The position numbers and the translations under genes were made by a program. The notes below the pieces were generated by a model. It ran no database searches and had not been told where the DNA came from. It worked only from the letters and a program-made list of their open reading frames with translations. This document shows, piece by piece, positions 20,081 through 30,162 of a stretch of DNA of 64,000 nucleotides. How positions within the stretch are numbered: position 1 is the stretch's first letter; every line of letters begins with the position of its first letter. This stretch comes from Candidatus Saganbacteria bacterium (GTDB lineage: Bacteria > Margulisbacteria > WOR-1 > XYC2-FULL-46-14 > WPAF01), in contig JACRPM010000013.1 in assembly GCA_016223205.1 (NCBI GenBank), forward strand, positions 5,002 through 69,001. Direction: 5' to 3'.

Positions 20081-20114
20081 GTGAAATTTGCGCATCTGGG
20101 TGCGGTATTATAGA
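20081..20114 (+). promoter_or_regulatory. promoter of oppBCDF (GTGAAA-N18-GTATTA/TATTAT)
   Basis: Immediately upstream of the oppB GTG start; duplicated at 19185. Confidence 0.4.
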
Positions 20115-20125
20115 ATACCGGCAAG

Positions 20126-21023
<898 letters not shown>

Positions 21024-21043
<20 letters not shown>

Positions 21044-21839
21044 CAAATTACAAATGACAAATGTTGGTATTTTTATTATATTGATCATGGTAGTTGCGGC
21101 AATATTCGCCCCAATGATCGCGCCATATGATCCGTCTGAAATCGTGGAAGACAATACGCTGGCACCGTCTATTAAACACCTATTCGGGACCGATGACCTG
21201 GGGCGCGATATCTTCAGCCGGGCGCTTTACGGGGCGCGTATCTCCTTAACGGTAGGTCTGGTGGCGGTAACCATCGCAGTCCTGATCGGCACCCTTTTCG
21301 GCGCGATCGCCGGTTATTACGGCGGCCTGGTGGATTCTGCGATCATGCGCTCGGTGGACGTGATGCTGGCCTTTCCCTCGATCTTCCTGATCCTGGCTAT
21401 CCAGGTGATGCTCACCCCCAATATATATAATGTAATGATCGTGATCGGGCTGACCTCATGGATGGGGGTGGCGCGGCTGGTGAGGGGAGAGTTCCTCCGC
21501 ATTCGCGAATTGCAGTACGTGGAAGCAGCGCGGGCTATCGGCGCCTCCGATCTGCGCATCATTTTCCGCCATATTTTGCCCAATGCTATGGCTCCCATCA
21601 TCGTGGCGGGGACGCTGGGGATGGCAGGAGCCATCTTGACCGAATCGGCCCTATCTTTCCTGGGGCTGGGAGTCCAGCCGCCCATGCCCAGCTGGGGCAA
21701 CATGCTGATGGATTCCCAGGCCTATATGCGCGATGCGCCCTGGATGGCGATCATCCCCGGTATTTTGATCCTGCTGGCGGTCCTTTCGCTTTATTTTGTG
21801 GGCGAGGGATTGAGGGAGAGGTTGGATGTTAGAGGTTAA
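21024..21839 (+). CDS. oppC: ABC transporter permease, OppC/DppC family
   Basis: BPD permease; start probably ATG 21024 rather than the track's 20991. Confidence 0.8.
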
Positions 21840-22614
21840 AGGATTATCTACGAGCTTCTATCAAGATGAGGTTGAGGTAAAAGCTGTGAATGACGTGAGT
21901 TTATCGGTAGCGTCGGGCGAATCGTTGGGCGTCGTGGGGGAGTCGGGGTCGGGTAAATCCACGCTGGCTTTATCCCTCTTGCGGCTGATCTACCCGCCGG
22001 GCAAAATTGTATCCGGAGAAGTTCTTTTTGATGGACAAGACCTCTTGAAGCTGTCGGAGCCGGAAATGATCAAGGTCCGAGGGGCCAGGATCTCCATGAT
22101 CTTCCAGGACCCCTTCACCTCGCTCAATCCGGTATTCACCGTGGGCTACCAGATCGCGGAGGCGATAGCGCTCCATCAGGGGGCAAACAGGAAACAGGCC
22201 TGGAGCAAGGCCGTTGAAATGCTCGAAACAGTCCGTATTCCGCATCCCGCACTCCGCATTCGTGATTATCCCCACCAATTTTCCGGCGGGATGCGGCAGA
22301 GGGTGATGATCGCGATGGCGTTGGCCTGCCGGCCCGAGATATTGATCGCGGACGAGCCCACCACCGCGCTCGATGTCACCATCCAGGCGGAGATACTCAA
22401 ATTGCTTAAGGACCTGCAAAAGGAGCTTAAGCTTTCCATTATATATATCACCCACAATTTCGGCATCGTGAAGCAGATGTGCGAGCGGGCGGTGGTTATG
22501 CATTTGGGTAAAGTGGTGGAAGAGGGCCGGATACAGGAAATTATGGATAATCCTCGGGAAGCTTATACCAAGAGTTTGATCGACAGTTTAAAGGTGTTGA
22601 ATGATAGAAGTTAA
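21826..22614 (+). CDS. oppD: ABC transporter ATP-binding protein (OppD-like)
   Basis: Walker [10 protein letters not shown] and FSGGMRQRV signature. Confidence 0.85.
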   Translation: MLEVKGLSTSFYQDEVEVKAVNDVSLSVASGESLGVVGESGSGKSTLALSLLRLIYPPGKIVSGEVLFDGQDLLKLSEPEMIKVRGARISMIFQDPFTSLNPVFTVGYQIAEAIALHQGANRKQAWSKAVEMLETVRIPHPALRIRDYPHQFSGGMRQRVMIAMALACRPEILIADEPTTALDVTIQAEILKLLKDLQKELKLSIIYITHNFGIVKQMCERAVVMHLGKVVEEGRIQEIMDNPREAYTKSLIDSLKVLNDRS

Positions 22615-23320
22615 AGAGCTGAAGAAATATTTTGGAGTGGTCCGGGCGGTCGATGGCGTGAGTTTGGCGGTAGAGTCGGGCGAATCGTTGGGCCTAGTAG
22701 GGGAGTCCGGGTCGGGCAAATCCACTTTGGCCAGATTAATACTTAAGCTCATTGAACCCGACAGCGGTACCATCAACTATGACGGGATCAAGAATATCCG
22801 CAAAGATTGTCAGATCGTGTTCCAAGACCCGCAGACCTCGCTCAATCCGCGGATCAGGATCGGAGAGGCGATCGGGGAGCCGATGGCGATCCATAAGATA
22901 GTAGAAAATAGAAAATCGAAAATAGAAAATAGGATTAAGGATCTGCTGGACATGGTCAAATTGCCTGCAGAATATGCAAACCGCTACCCTCACGCCCTGT
23001 CGGGAGGGGAAAGGCAAAGGGTGGGGATTGCCCGCGCTTTAGCGGGGGAGCCACGTTTTTTGGTGCTGGACGAGCCGGTCTCGTCGCTTGACGTCACCAT
23101 CCAGGTCCAAATACTGGATCTCCTCAAAGAATTAAAGCGGAAGCTCAATTTGACCTATCTTTTCATCGCCCATGACCTCTCGACAATCGGCTATATGTGT
23201 GATAAAATAGCGGTAATGAGAGCCGGGAAGATCCTGGAAATAGGGACAACAGAGCTTATCCTTTCTGCTCCGCAAGACCCCTATACCAGGCAACTCCTAG
23301 AGTCCTCACCTAAACTATAA
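22601..23320 (+). CDS. oppF: ABC transporter ATP-binding protein (OppF-like)
   Basis: Walker [10 protein letters not shown] and LSGGERQRV; carries the heptamer tandem repeat at 22902-22930. Confidence 0.85.
   Translation: MIEVKELKKYFGVVRAVDGVSLAVESGESLGLVGESGSGKSTLARLILKLIEPDSGTINYDGIKNIRKDCQIVFQDPQTSLNPRIRIGEAIGEPMAIHKIVENRKSKIENRIKDLLDMVKLPAEYANRYPHALSGGERQRVGIARALAGEPRFLVLDEPVSSLDVTIQVQILDLLKELKRKLNLTYLFIAHDLSTIGYMCDKIAVMRAGKILEIGTTELILSAPQDPYTRQLLESSPKL
22902..22930 (+). repeat. intragenic tandem heptamer (TAGAAAA/TCGAAAA x4)
   Basis: tagaaaatagaaaatcgaaaatagaaaat inside oppF. Confidence 0.6.
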
Positions 23321-23372
23321 ATCGGGTGAAATTTTATAAATAGCGCCCCGATATAAGGACGGTGGAGAATAT

Positions 23373-23573
23373 ATGAAAGAATTCCGCTGCAAATTTTGTC
23401 ACCGGCTTTTGGCCAAGGTAGGCGAGGCCAAGAAGGTGGAGATCAAGTGTCCCAAGTGCAAGACCATGAATCTCTTCCGCGATGACGAGGTGCTGGTGGT
23501 GGAGATCGACGAGACCCACCTGCGCAAGCAGATCCTAAAAGGCAAGATCACCTACAGCGTTATCAATAATTGA
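23373..23573 (+). CDS. Com-like zinc-ribbon protein (phage Mu Com family), paralogue 1
   Basis: MKEFRCKFCHRLLAKV...IKCPKCKT, a four-Cys zinc ribbon resembling Mu Com. Confidence 0.65.
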   Translation: MKEFRCKFCHRLLAKVGEAKKVEIKCPKCKTMNLFRDDEVLVVEIDETHLRKQILKGKITYSVINN

Positions 23574-23617
23574 GTGAAATCCCGGGCTCGAAACGTCGAT
23601 AAATATAAGGACACCAT

Positions 23618-23824
23618 ATGAGCGAAGAGAACATGAAAGAATTCCGCTGCAAGTTCTGCCACCGGCTTTTAGCCAAGGTGGAAGACGCCCTCTCGGTTGA
23701 GATCAAGTGCCCCAAATGCAAGACCTTAAACCTCTATAACAGTGAAGAGATCGTGATCGTCCAGATGGACGAAGATTACCTCAAGCGCAAATTCAACAAA
23801 AACCTCGAAGCCGACCCCGTCTAG
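23618..23824 (+). CDS. Com-like zinc-ribbon protein, paralogue 2
   Basis: Same CxxC...CxxC core, about 70% identical to paralogue 1. Confidence 0.65.
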   Translation: MSEENMKEFRCKFCHRLLAKVEDALSVEIKCPKCKTLNLYNSEEIVIVQMDEDYLKRKFNKNLEADPV

Positions 23825-23989
23825 TAAGTTCAAAAATTACCTGAAATTTTTCTAAACACCCCCCGATATATTTCCGGAGACTCCGAGATGCTAAAAAGAT
23901 CCGAGAAGCCCCGACCAGTAGGGGCTTTTTTATTTGGGGGTGAGATCGAAGAAAAAAAGTGTCGATTCAATATAAAGGAGGAAAAGAAA

Positions 23990-25534
23990 ATGCCAGTAGC
24001 AGTAGCAGAAAGAACAGGGATTGGAAGGAGATTAATTCATTCGTCGGATATGGTTCGTACCCATCAAACCAGAAGTGAACTAATAGGAGCACTAAGAGGA
24101 GCCGGTATCAGCAATCAAAGATTGGTTATACATGATCGAGCAATGTTTACGCAATTTGACCTGCCAAGATTGGCAGCCAATGCGGCTGATTTTGGAGAAA
24201 AAAGCGCATCTAAAAGCGTGCAAGCGCTGTCATCTTGGATCATTGGCGAGGCCGCACCTCAATTAGGTGTCCATTTGGCTTCTCCCCAGGAAATATATGT
24301 GGCCATCGCGGAAGAAAAGATCGTAAGGACCATGTCTTTCCCGGCGGTCAATATCCGCGCCAATACCTTAGATACTGCCCGGGCACTTTTCAGGGCGGCC
24401 ATAGATAATAAGGTAGGGGCCTTGATAGTGGAAATTGCCCGTTCTGAAACCGGCTATACCAATCAAACTCCCCGCGAGTTCGCAGCGGTAGTCAAGGCGG
24501 CGGCCATGATGGAAGGATTCGCCGGGCCGCTCTTCCTGCAGGGAGATCACGTTCAGTTGGACGCCAAGAAATTCGCGAAAGGTCCTGAAGCAGCCGCCAA
24601 GGAAATCGCGGCCCACAGCGCGCTGGTGCGGGCTTTCTTGGAGGAAGGATTCGGCTCGCTCGACCTGGATATGTCACCATTCGAAAAAAGGACGCAAAAA
24701 GAACTCACTCATGATGAGCAGCAAGCTGATAACGCCCGCTTGACCGTGGAAAAGATCCAGGAAGTAAGACAGAGCGAAACTCAGCTCGGGATTCCCTGGA
24801 CCACTCTTTTGGGAGGGGAAACAGGAGAAGTCGGCAAGTTCAATACCTCTAGGGAAGACTTAGAAGCCTATGCCAGAGGGATTCAAGCGAATATGGAAAG
24901 ATTGGGTATTGATCCCAAACAGGGGATCCGCAAGATCGCAGTGAATGACGGGACTTCTCACGGTGGAGTTCCTACTCCCGACGGCAAAGTCACTGCAGAT
25001 GTGAACATTGAATTCCCGATCTTGAGAATGGCTACAGATTATGGCCGGCAATTTGGTTGGGCGGGGTCGGTCCAGCATGGTGCTTCTACACTTGGCAATG
25101 AAAATTTCTGTCTTTTCCCCCAATACCGAGCAGTAGAAGCGCATCTGGCTACTGGCTTTCAGAATAGTACTCTCGATAATGGTGCTTATCGGATAGAGAA
25201 AATGCAAGCCCGCTTAGAGAGATATCTGGTTGACAAACACCTTGCTGAATGGGAGTGGGAGAAAAAAGGCACGACCATGGCGCAATTCCTCTACTCGACC
25301 CGTAAGAAAGCGACCGGGCCGTTCAAGTTCGAGCTCTGGACCATGCCGGAAGAAGTTAGGGCGGCGGTAGCAGAAGAGCTCTATAACCAATTCTCCTTCT
25401 TGTTTGAACAATTAGGAGTCAAGGATACGGTAGAGCTGGTGGCGCAAAATACCACCATTCATGAGTTCCACAGGCCCTATCCGGCAGAAGATCAGGAAGT
25501 GGCTGCCCTGGGCCCGTCTGATACGGCGGACTAA
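23990..25534 (+). CDS. class II fructose-bisphosphate aldolase-family protein (long form)
   Basis: Matches FbaA motifs: FPAVNIRANTLDTA, LQGDH (HTDH), IAVNDGTSHGG (FGNVHG) and VQHGAS (HGGSG). Extra N- and C-terminal extensions. Start taken at ATG 23990 after aaaggagg rather than the track's 23888. Confidence 0.6.
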   Translation: MPVAVAERTGIGRRLIHSSDMVRTHQTRSELIGALRGAGISNQRLVIHDRAMFTQFDLPRLAANAADFGEKSASKSVQALSSWIIGEAAPQLGVHLASPQEIYVAIAEEKIVRTMSFPAVNIRANTLDTARALFRAAIDNKVGALIVEIARSETGYTNQTPREFAAVVKAAAMMEGFAGPLFLQGDHVQLDAKKFAKGPEAAAKEIAAHSALVRAFLEEGFGSLDLDMSPFEKRTQKELTHDEQQADNARLTVEKIQEVRQSETQLGIPWTTLLGGETGEVGKFNTSREDLEAYARGIQANMERLGIDPKQGIRKIAVNDGTSHGGVPTPDGKVTADVNIEFPILRMATDYGRQFGWAGSVQHGASTLGNENFCLFPQYRAVEAHLATGFQNSTLDNGAYRIEKMQARLERYLVDKHLAEWEWEKKGTTMAQFLYSTRKKATGPFKFELWTMPEEVRAAVAEELYNQFSFLFEQLGVKDTVELVAQNTTIHEFHRPYPAEDQEVAALGPSDTAD

Positions 25535-25547
25535 AAGGTTCTATAAA

Positions 25548-25575
25548 AGGGGGAGCTAAAAGCTCCCCCTATTTA
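25548..25575 (+). terminator. hairpin terminator after aldolase-like gene
   Basis: gggggagct-aaa-agctccccc followed by a T-rich run. Confidence 0.5.
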
Positions 25576-25597
25576 CCCTTAGAAGGAGCAGAAGAAG

Positions 25598-27109
25598 ATG
25601 GTAAGAACAAACGGTGTAGCGCCGGGGACGGAAAAGGCCGCTATGACGCTGCCTAAAAAATACAGAGAGCGATTCATTAACCTGCACAGGGGGGTCAGGA
25701 CTAATACGCTCCCCCTGCCGCGGTCACTGGGACAACCGTTGGCCCTAGTGGCGACCGATGCCCATGGCGAGGTCAATCGCTACTTAACCGGGCTTGAAAG
25801 ATTACCGGTGTTTCCTCTGGGTATAGACCTCGGAGACAAACTGGACCGCGGCCCGGAACCGCTGGCCGCCAACCATATGCTGGAAGTAGCCAATCCGCCA
25901 GTTCATAGACTGGTGGGAAACCATGATGCGATGTGGGTTGGGGCGGGATTGGGGATACCGCGCTTGGCGATCGAGCTGGTTCGCTGGCTGATGCGTTATA
26001 ACGAACAGGACTTTTTAGTCAATGAGATGGGGATCAGCCTTCAACCATTGCAGGATTTCGCGGAAAAATGTTTTGCCGATGCCCGCGGACATTATAAAGC
26101 AAAAATATCCAAACCAATGGAGGCCGCGGCGACCTATCTTAGGATAACCGCGGAAGCTGCTTATCGTTTTCCGGAACACCGGGGAACGGAACTCGATCAA
26201 TCGGATTTAAGGGTCAGGAGAGCGTTATTCCATAATACCGCACTGGCAGATCTCACTGCCGGCGAAAAGGACACCTTTGACCGGTTGACCGGTAAGGCCA
26301 AGCTGGAAGAGAGGGACGCCTCCTATTTTTACCGCTTGATGGGCGGATTAAAAGAATTCACCGAGGAAGAGCAAGCCGTGATGGATCATATTGCCGATGC
26401 CTTCCGCCGGAGCCATGCTTTTTTCCAGCTGATCGAATGCATGGTCGGCCGCGGTGATATATATACTACGCTCCGAATGTCTGAAGGCGCTCCTTTTGAT
26501 ATGTTGTTGACCCATGCCGGGGTGCCGATCACAGCCGAAGGACATTTGGCGGAGTTCAATGGGAAAAAGGGGAAGGAAGCTTTTGCCGAAATTGAAAATG
26601 ATATTCGGAAGGCGATCATCGCCTGGCGCTGGTTTATTGAAACTGGAGATAGCGCATTGCTCGAGGCCGATGCCGAAGTGATCGATCGATTGGGCGAGCT
26701 GGCCTGGGGAGAAGATTCGCCGATCTATATGCGCAGAATGCAAACCGCGGCCCGGGCCGTGCTGGAAGAAGAAACCGGTCTTTATAAAGAGCCCGAGGGC
26801 CCATTTTTTTCACAATGGACCAAGTCGGAGGACCCGCAGTTTATACATCGGGTATGCAGAGAGATCGGCTCTTCCTTTGGGCTGGATCCCCGGCGCCTGT
26901 TGATCGTCCACGGCCATAAACCGAACGAACAAGGAAAATTTGTGGTTCGGGCAGGAGGCCATGATCTGAACATCGATGCCGGTACGGCAGAAAGCTATGG
27001 CGGGAATGGCGCGTTCCTTTTGGTTGGAACAAATGCGCTCTCTCAATTTGCTTTAAACGACCATAGCTTTTCTCCGGTTGAACTTAATTTAGAATATTTC
27101 GGGCAATAG
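25598..27109 (+). CDS. fbp: fructose-1,6-bisphosphatase class 3 (Firmicute-type Fbp, metallophosphoesterase fold), short form
   Basis: DAHGE, GDKLDRGPEP, GNHDAMWVGA and C-terminal HGHKP...IDAG blocks align with B. subtilis Fbp. Confidence 0.7.
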   Translation: MVRTNGVAPGTEKAAMTLPKKYRERFINLHRGVRTNTLPLPRSLGQPLALVATDAHGEVNRYLTGLERLPVFPLGIDLGDKLDRGPEPLAANHMLEVANPPVHRLVGNHDAMWVGAGLGIPRLAIELVRWLMRYNEQDFLVNEMGISLQPLQDFAEKCFADARGHYKAKISKPMEAAATYLRITAEAAYRFPEHRGTELDQSDLRVRRALFHNTALADLTAGEKDTFDRLTGKAKLEERDASYFYRLMGGLKEFTEEEQAVMDHIADAFRRSHAFFQLIECMVGRGDIYTTLRMSEGAPFDMLLTHAGVPITAEGHLAEFNGKKGKEAFAEIENDIRKAIIAWRWFIETGDSALLEADAEVIDRLGELAWGEDSPIYMRRMQTAARAVLEEETGLYKEPEGPFFSQWTKSEDPQFIHRVCREIGSSFGLDPRRLLIVHGHKPNEQGKFVVRAGGHDLNIDAGTAESYGGNGAFLLVGTNALSQFALNDHSFSPVELNLEYFGQ

Positions 27110-27133
27110 CTGGCGGTTTTTGCAATAAGAGAA

Positions 27134-27168
27134 CCCCCCCGGCCTGCCGGGGGGGTTTTTCTTTTTAT
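27134..27168 (+). terminator. rho-independent terminator after fbp
   Basis: cccccccggcctgccggggggg followed by tttttcttttt. Confidence 0.7.
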
Positions 27169-27285
27169 GTAGTATAATATCCTCATGAAAATCACTGTGA
27201 AATGCGGGCAGCAGCCTTACAAATTACTCAATGCTTTGAGTAAATCGTTGACGGCCGCTTCCGGGGATGATAAAATATTAAAACA

Positions 27286-28509
27286 ATGCAAGAATATGTA
27301 AGAAAACCGCTATTTTCAAACCTCTGGAATAATTTACACGGATTGCCAAACCTGATTCAGGTGATAAATGGGCCAAGACAGGTGGGCAAAACGACTCTGG
27401 CGCTGCAGGTTATGGAGAAATGGAGAGGACCGAAGCTGTATGAAACCGCAGACACGCCTGATATACCGCCGCTTGCCTGGATACAAAAACACTGGCTGGC
27501 AGCGAGAGAATTGTTCGATTCCACGCAAAAAGAAACACTGCTGATTTTTGATGAAATTCAAAAGATACCGCGCTGGAGCAATATGGTCAAGAAACTTTTT
27601 GATGAAGACCGCCACGCCGGCAATAAAATAAGACTGATTTTATTGGGCTCATCGGCGCTTTTAATGCAGCGCGGTTTGACGGAAAGTTTGGCCGGGAGAT
27701 TTGAGATCCACCGGCATCCCCATTGGTCGTTTTCTGAATGTAGGCAATTGTTTTCTTTGAGTTTAAATGAATACCTGTGTTTCGGCGGATATCCGGGCGC
27801 GCTGCCGATGCGGAAAAATTGGGACCGCTGGTCTCGTTATATCAGAGATTCCCTGATTGAAACTGTATTATCCAAAGATGTTCTTTTAATGATGCCGGTC
27901 ACAAAGCCGGCTTTATTGCGTCAAATATTCTCTTTAGCTGTTTCACACCCGGCAGAAATATTGAGCTACCAAAAGATGCTTGGTCAACTGCAGGAGGCGG
28001 GTAATACAACCACAATTGCTTCTTATCTCAAATTGCTTTCCAATGCATTCTTGGCGACGTCTCTGGAACGGTGGAGCGGCAGTCGGATAAAACAAAGAGG
28101 CTCGATCCCCAAATTGCTGGTTCTAGACAACGCATTTATTTCGGCAATGTCAGGCAGGAATGTAAGGCAAATTAAAAAAGACCCGGTCTTTTGGGGCAGA
28201 TTGGTGGAGAACGCGGTTGGCGCCAAGCTTTATCCGATTTTACAGATGGAAGGCAAATCTTTATCCTATTGGCGCGACCGGCAAGAAGAGGTCGACTACG
28301 TTTTTGAAACCGGCGATAAGCTTTACGCGATCGAAGTAAAGTCAACGGCAAAAAATCAGGGAGTTGGTTCATTGCTTGCTTTTGCGAGAAAATATCCAAA
28401 AGCGCGGCTATTTTTGATCTCTCCGGCAAAATTACAAAGTATGAAAAAAATAAGGCAGATAACATTGATTGAGTTTTTTGAAGATCCGAAAAAAAGCCTT
28501 TTAATATGA
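27286..28509 (+). CDS. AAA+ ATPase (AAA_14/DUF4143 family)
   Basis: Walker A GPRQVGKTT and Walker B LIFDEIQ; DUF4143-like C-terminus. Confidence 0.7.
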   Translation: MQEYVRKPLFSNLWNNLHGLPNLIQVINGPRQVGKTTLALQVMEKWRGPKLYETADTPDIPPLAWIQKHWLAARELFDSTQKETLLIFDEIQKIPRWSNMVKKLFDEDRHAGNKIRLILLGSSALLMQRGLTESLAGRFEIHRHPHWSFSECRQLFSLSLNEYLCFGGYPGALPMRKNWDRWSRYIRDSLIETVLSKDVLLMMPVTKPALLRQIFSLAVSHPAEILSYQKMLGQLQEAGNTTTIASYLKLLSNAFLATSLERWSGSRIKQRGSIPKLLVLDNAFISAMSGRNVRQIKKDPVFWGRLVENAVGAKLYPILQMEGKSLSYWRDRQEEVDYVFETGDKLYAIEVKSTAKNQGVGSLLAFARKYPKARLFLISPAKLQSMKKIRQITLIEFFEDPKKSLLI

Positions 28510-30110
28510 AAACAATACCCGTTTACCTCTGCATCCTCGACGGCTTTGCCGTCGGCGAAAAGGCCGAGAAAAACGCCATCTATGACGCCATAAAAGAAGG
28601 GAAAGCCCCTTTTATCGCCGACCTTTTTGCCAAACATCCCTACGCCAAACTGGAATGCTCCGGCCTGGCGGTCGGCCTTCCCGCTGGGACCATGGGCAAC
28701 TCCGAGGTCAATCACCTGAACATGGGAGCCGGGCGGGTGGTTTACCAATCCATCGAGCGCATCAATGTGGCGATAAAGGACGGCACTTTCTTCAATAATG
28801 AAGCCCTTCTTTCCGCGGTGCGCAACGCCAAGCAGAACGGCTCCGCCCTCCACCTGATGGGCATCCTCCAGGGGCACGGCGGCACGGTGCACGGCGATAT
28901 CAAGCATCTTTTCGCCCTGCTGGAGCTGGCCAAAAAAGCCGAATTGAATACCGTCTATATACATCTCTTTACCGATGGACGGGATACTAATCCTAAGGCC
29001 GCCGGCGAGATTTACCTCAAGATGCTCGAAGATAAAATGCCCGCAAACGTTCGGATCGCTACGATAATGGGAAGAGAGCTGGCCATGGACCGCGATACCG
29101 CGTGGGATAAGACCTTGATCGCGATGAGGGCGCTGGTAGCGGGGGTGGGGGAAAATAAAGCGGCGACCGCGCGCGAAGCCATCGAGCAGTCCTATAAACG
29201 CGGGGAGACCGATGAATTCATCCGGCCTACCATAATCAGCGGCTACACCGGTATGGGGCCGGCCGATTCGGTCATCTACTTCAACTTCCGTCAGGACCGT
29301 ACCATCCAATTGACGACCGCCTTCTGTGAATCGGACAAAAAATACTTCAATTATAAAAAAGGCACCAAGCCCATTGACGATAAGGTTTTTAACGAGATAC
29401 AGGAGTTAAGGAAGCGGCTGAAGCAGCTGGTGTTCGTGGCCATGACCGAATATTACCCCGGTCTCCACGCCCTGACCGCCTTCCCTGAAAAAGAGATCCC
29501 GGGGACGGTGGGAGAGGTGGTCTCTAATGCGGGATTGAAACAACTGCGTCTGGCGGGACCGGAAAAATTCGCCCATGTCACCGGCTGGTTCTCGGGCCGC
29601 CGGATGGAGCCCTTCCCCGGAGAAGACCGCCATCTGGCGCAGGATATGTCCTTAAAAAATAGGACGGAAGAAGGCAAGCATTACGATTGGGTGCCGGAGA
29701 TGACGGCTTTCCTTGAGACCGACTATTCACTGAAAGCCATTGCAGAGAACAAGTATTCATTGATCGTCCATAACTTCCAGAACGGAGACATGGTGGGCCA
29801 CACCGGCAATCTCAAGGCCGCTACCGAAGCTATTGCGGATGTCTCCTCCTGTCTGGAGAAATTAGTGCCGGCCTGGACGGCCAAGGGCGGCGTTTTCATC
29901 GTGACCGCCGATCACGGCAACGCGGATGAGATGTTTTTAGGGAAGGAAGTCAGCACCCAGCACTCCTTGAATCCGGTCCCTTTCTGGGTTTTAGGGAAAG
30001 AAGTAAAAATCAGGGAAAAAGGGATCATCCCGGACATCGGGGTGACCGTGCTCGACCTGATGGGGTTGCCGAAAACCGATGCCATGACCGCCCACTCACT
30101 GATCGGCTAA
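28506..30110 (+). CDS. gpmI: 2,3-bisphosphoglycerate-independent phosphoglycerate mutase
   Basis: iPGM motifs GTMGNSEVNHLNMGAGR and DHGN. Confidence 0.85.
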   Translation: MKTIPVYLCILDGFAVGEKAEKNAIYDAIKEGKAPFIADLFAKHPYAKLECSGLAVGLPAGTMGNSEVNHLNMGAGRVVYQSIERINVAIKDGTFFNNEALLSAVRNAKQNGSALHLMGILQGHGGTVHGDIKHLFALLELAKKAELNTVYIHLFTDGRDTNPKAAGEIYLKMLEDKMPANVRIATIMGRELAMDRDTAWDKTLIAMRALVAGVGENKAATAREAIEQSYKRGETDEFIRPTIISGYTGMGPADSVIYFNFRQDRTIQLTTAFCESDKKYFNYKKGTKPIDDKVFNEIQELRKRLKQLVFVAMTEYYPGLHALTAFPEKEIPGTVGEVVSNAGLKQLRLAGPEKFAHVTGWFSGRRMEPFPGEDRHLAQDMSLKNRTEEGKHYDWVPEMTAFLETDYSLKAIAENKYSLIVHNFQNGDMVGHTGNLKAATEAIADVSSCLEKLVPAWTAKGGVFIVTADHGNADEMFLGKEVSTQHSLNPVPFWVLGKEVKIREKGIIPDIGVTVLDLMGLPKTDAMTAHSLIG

Positions 30111-30116
30111 TTTCCA

Positions 30117-30146
30117 CTGAAATATCCACAAATATTTACCGAAATA
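30117..30146 (+). promoter_or_regulatory. promoter-like CTGAAA-N18-GAAATA
   Basis: Same architecture as the other TGAAA promoters; 16 nt upstream of the 30163 ATG. Confidence 0.3.
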
Positions 30147-30162
30147 CACTTAGAGGATAGCT

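Noticed and set aside
22902-22930. CRISPR-like repeat
   Set aside because: Only 7-nt tandem units inside a coding region, with no spacers; no CRISPR array anywhere in the window.
23888-23989. Upstream extension of the aldolase-like ORF (track start 23888)
   Set aside because: The first 34 codons lack an RBS, while ATG 23990 follows aaaggagg; treated as 5' leader, possibly regulatory, not coding.
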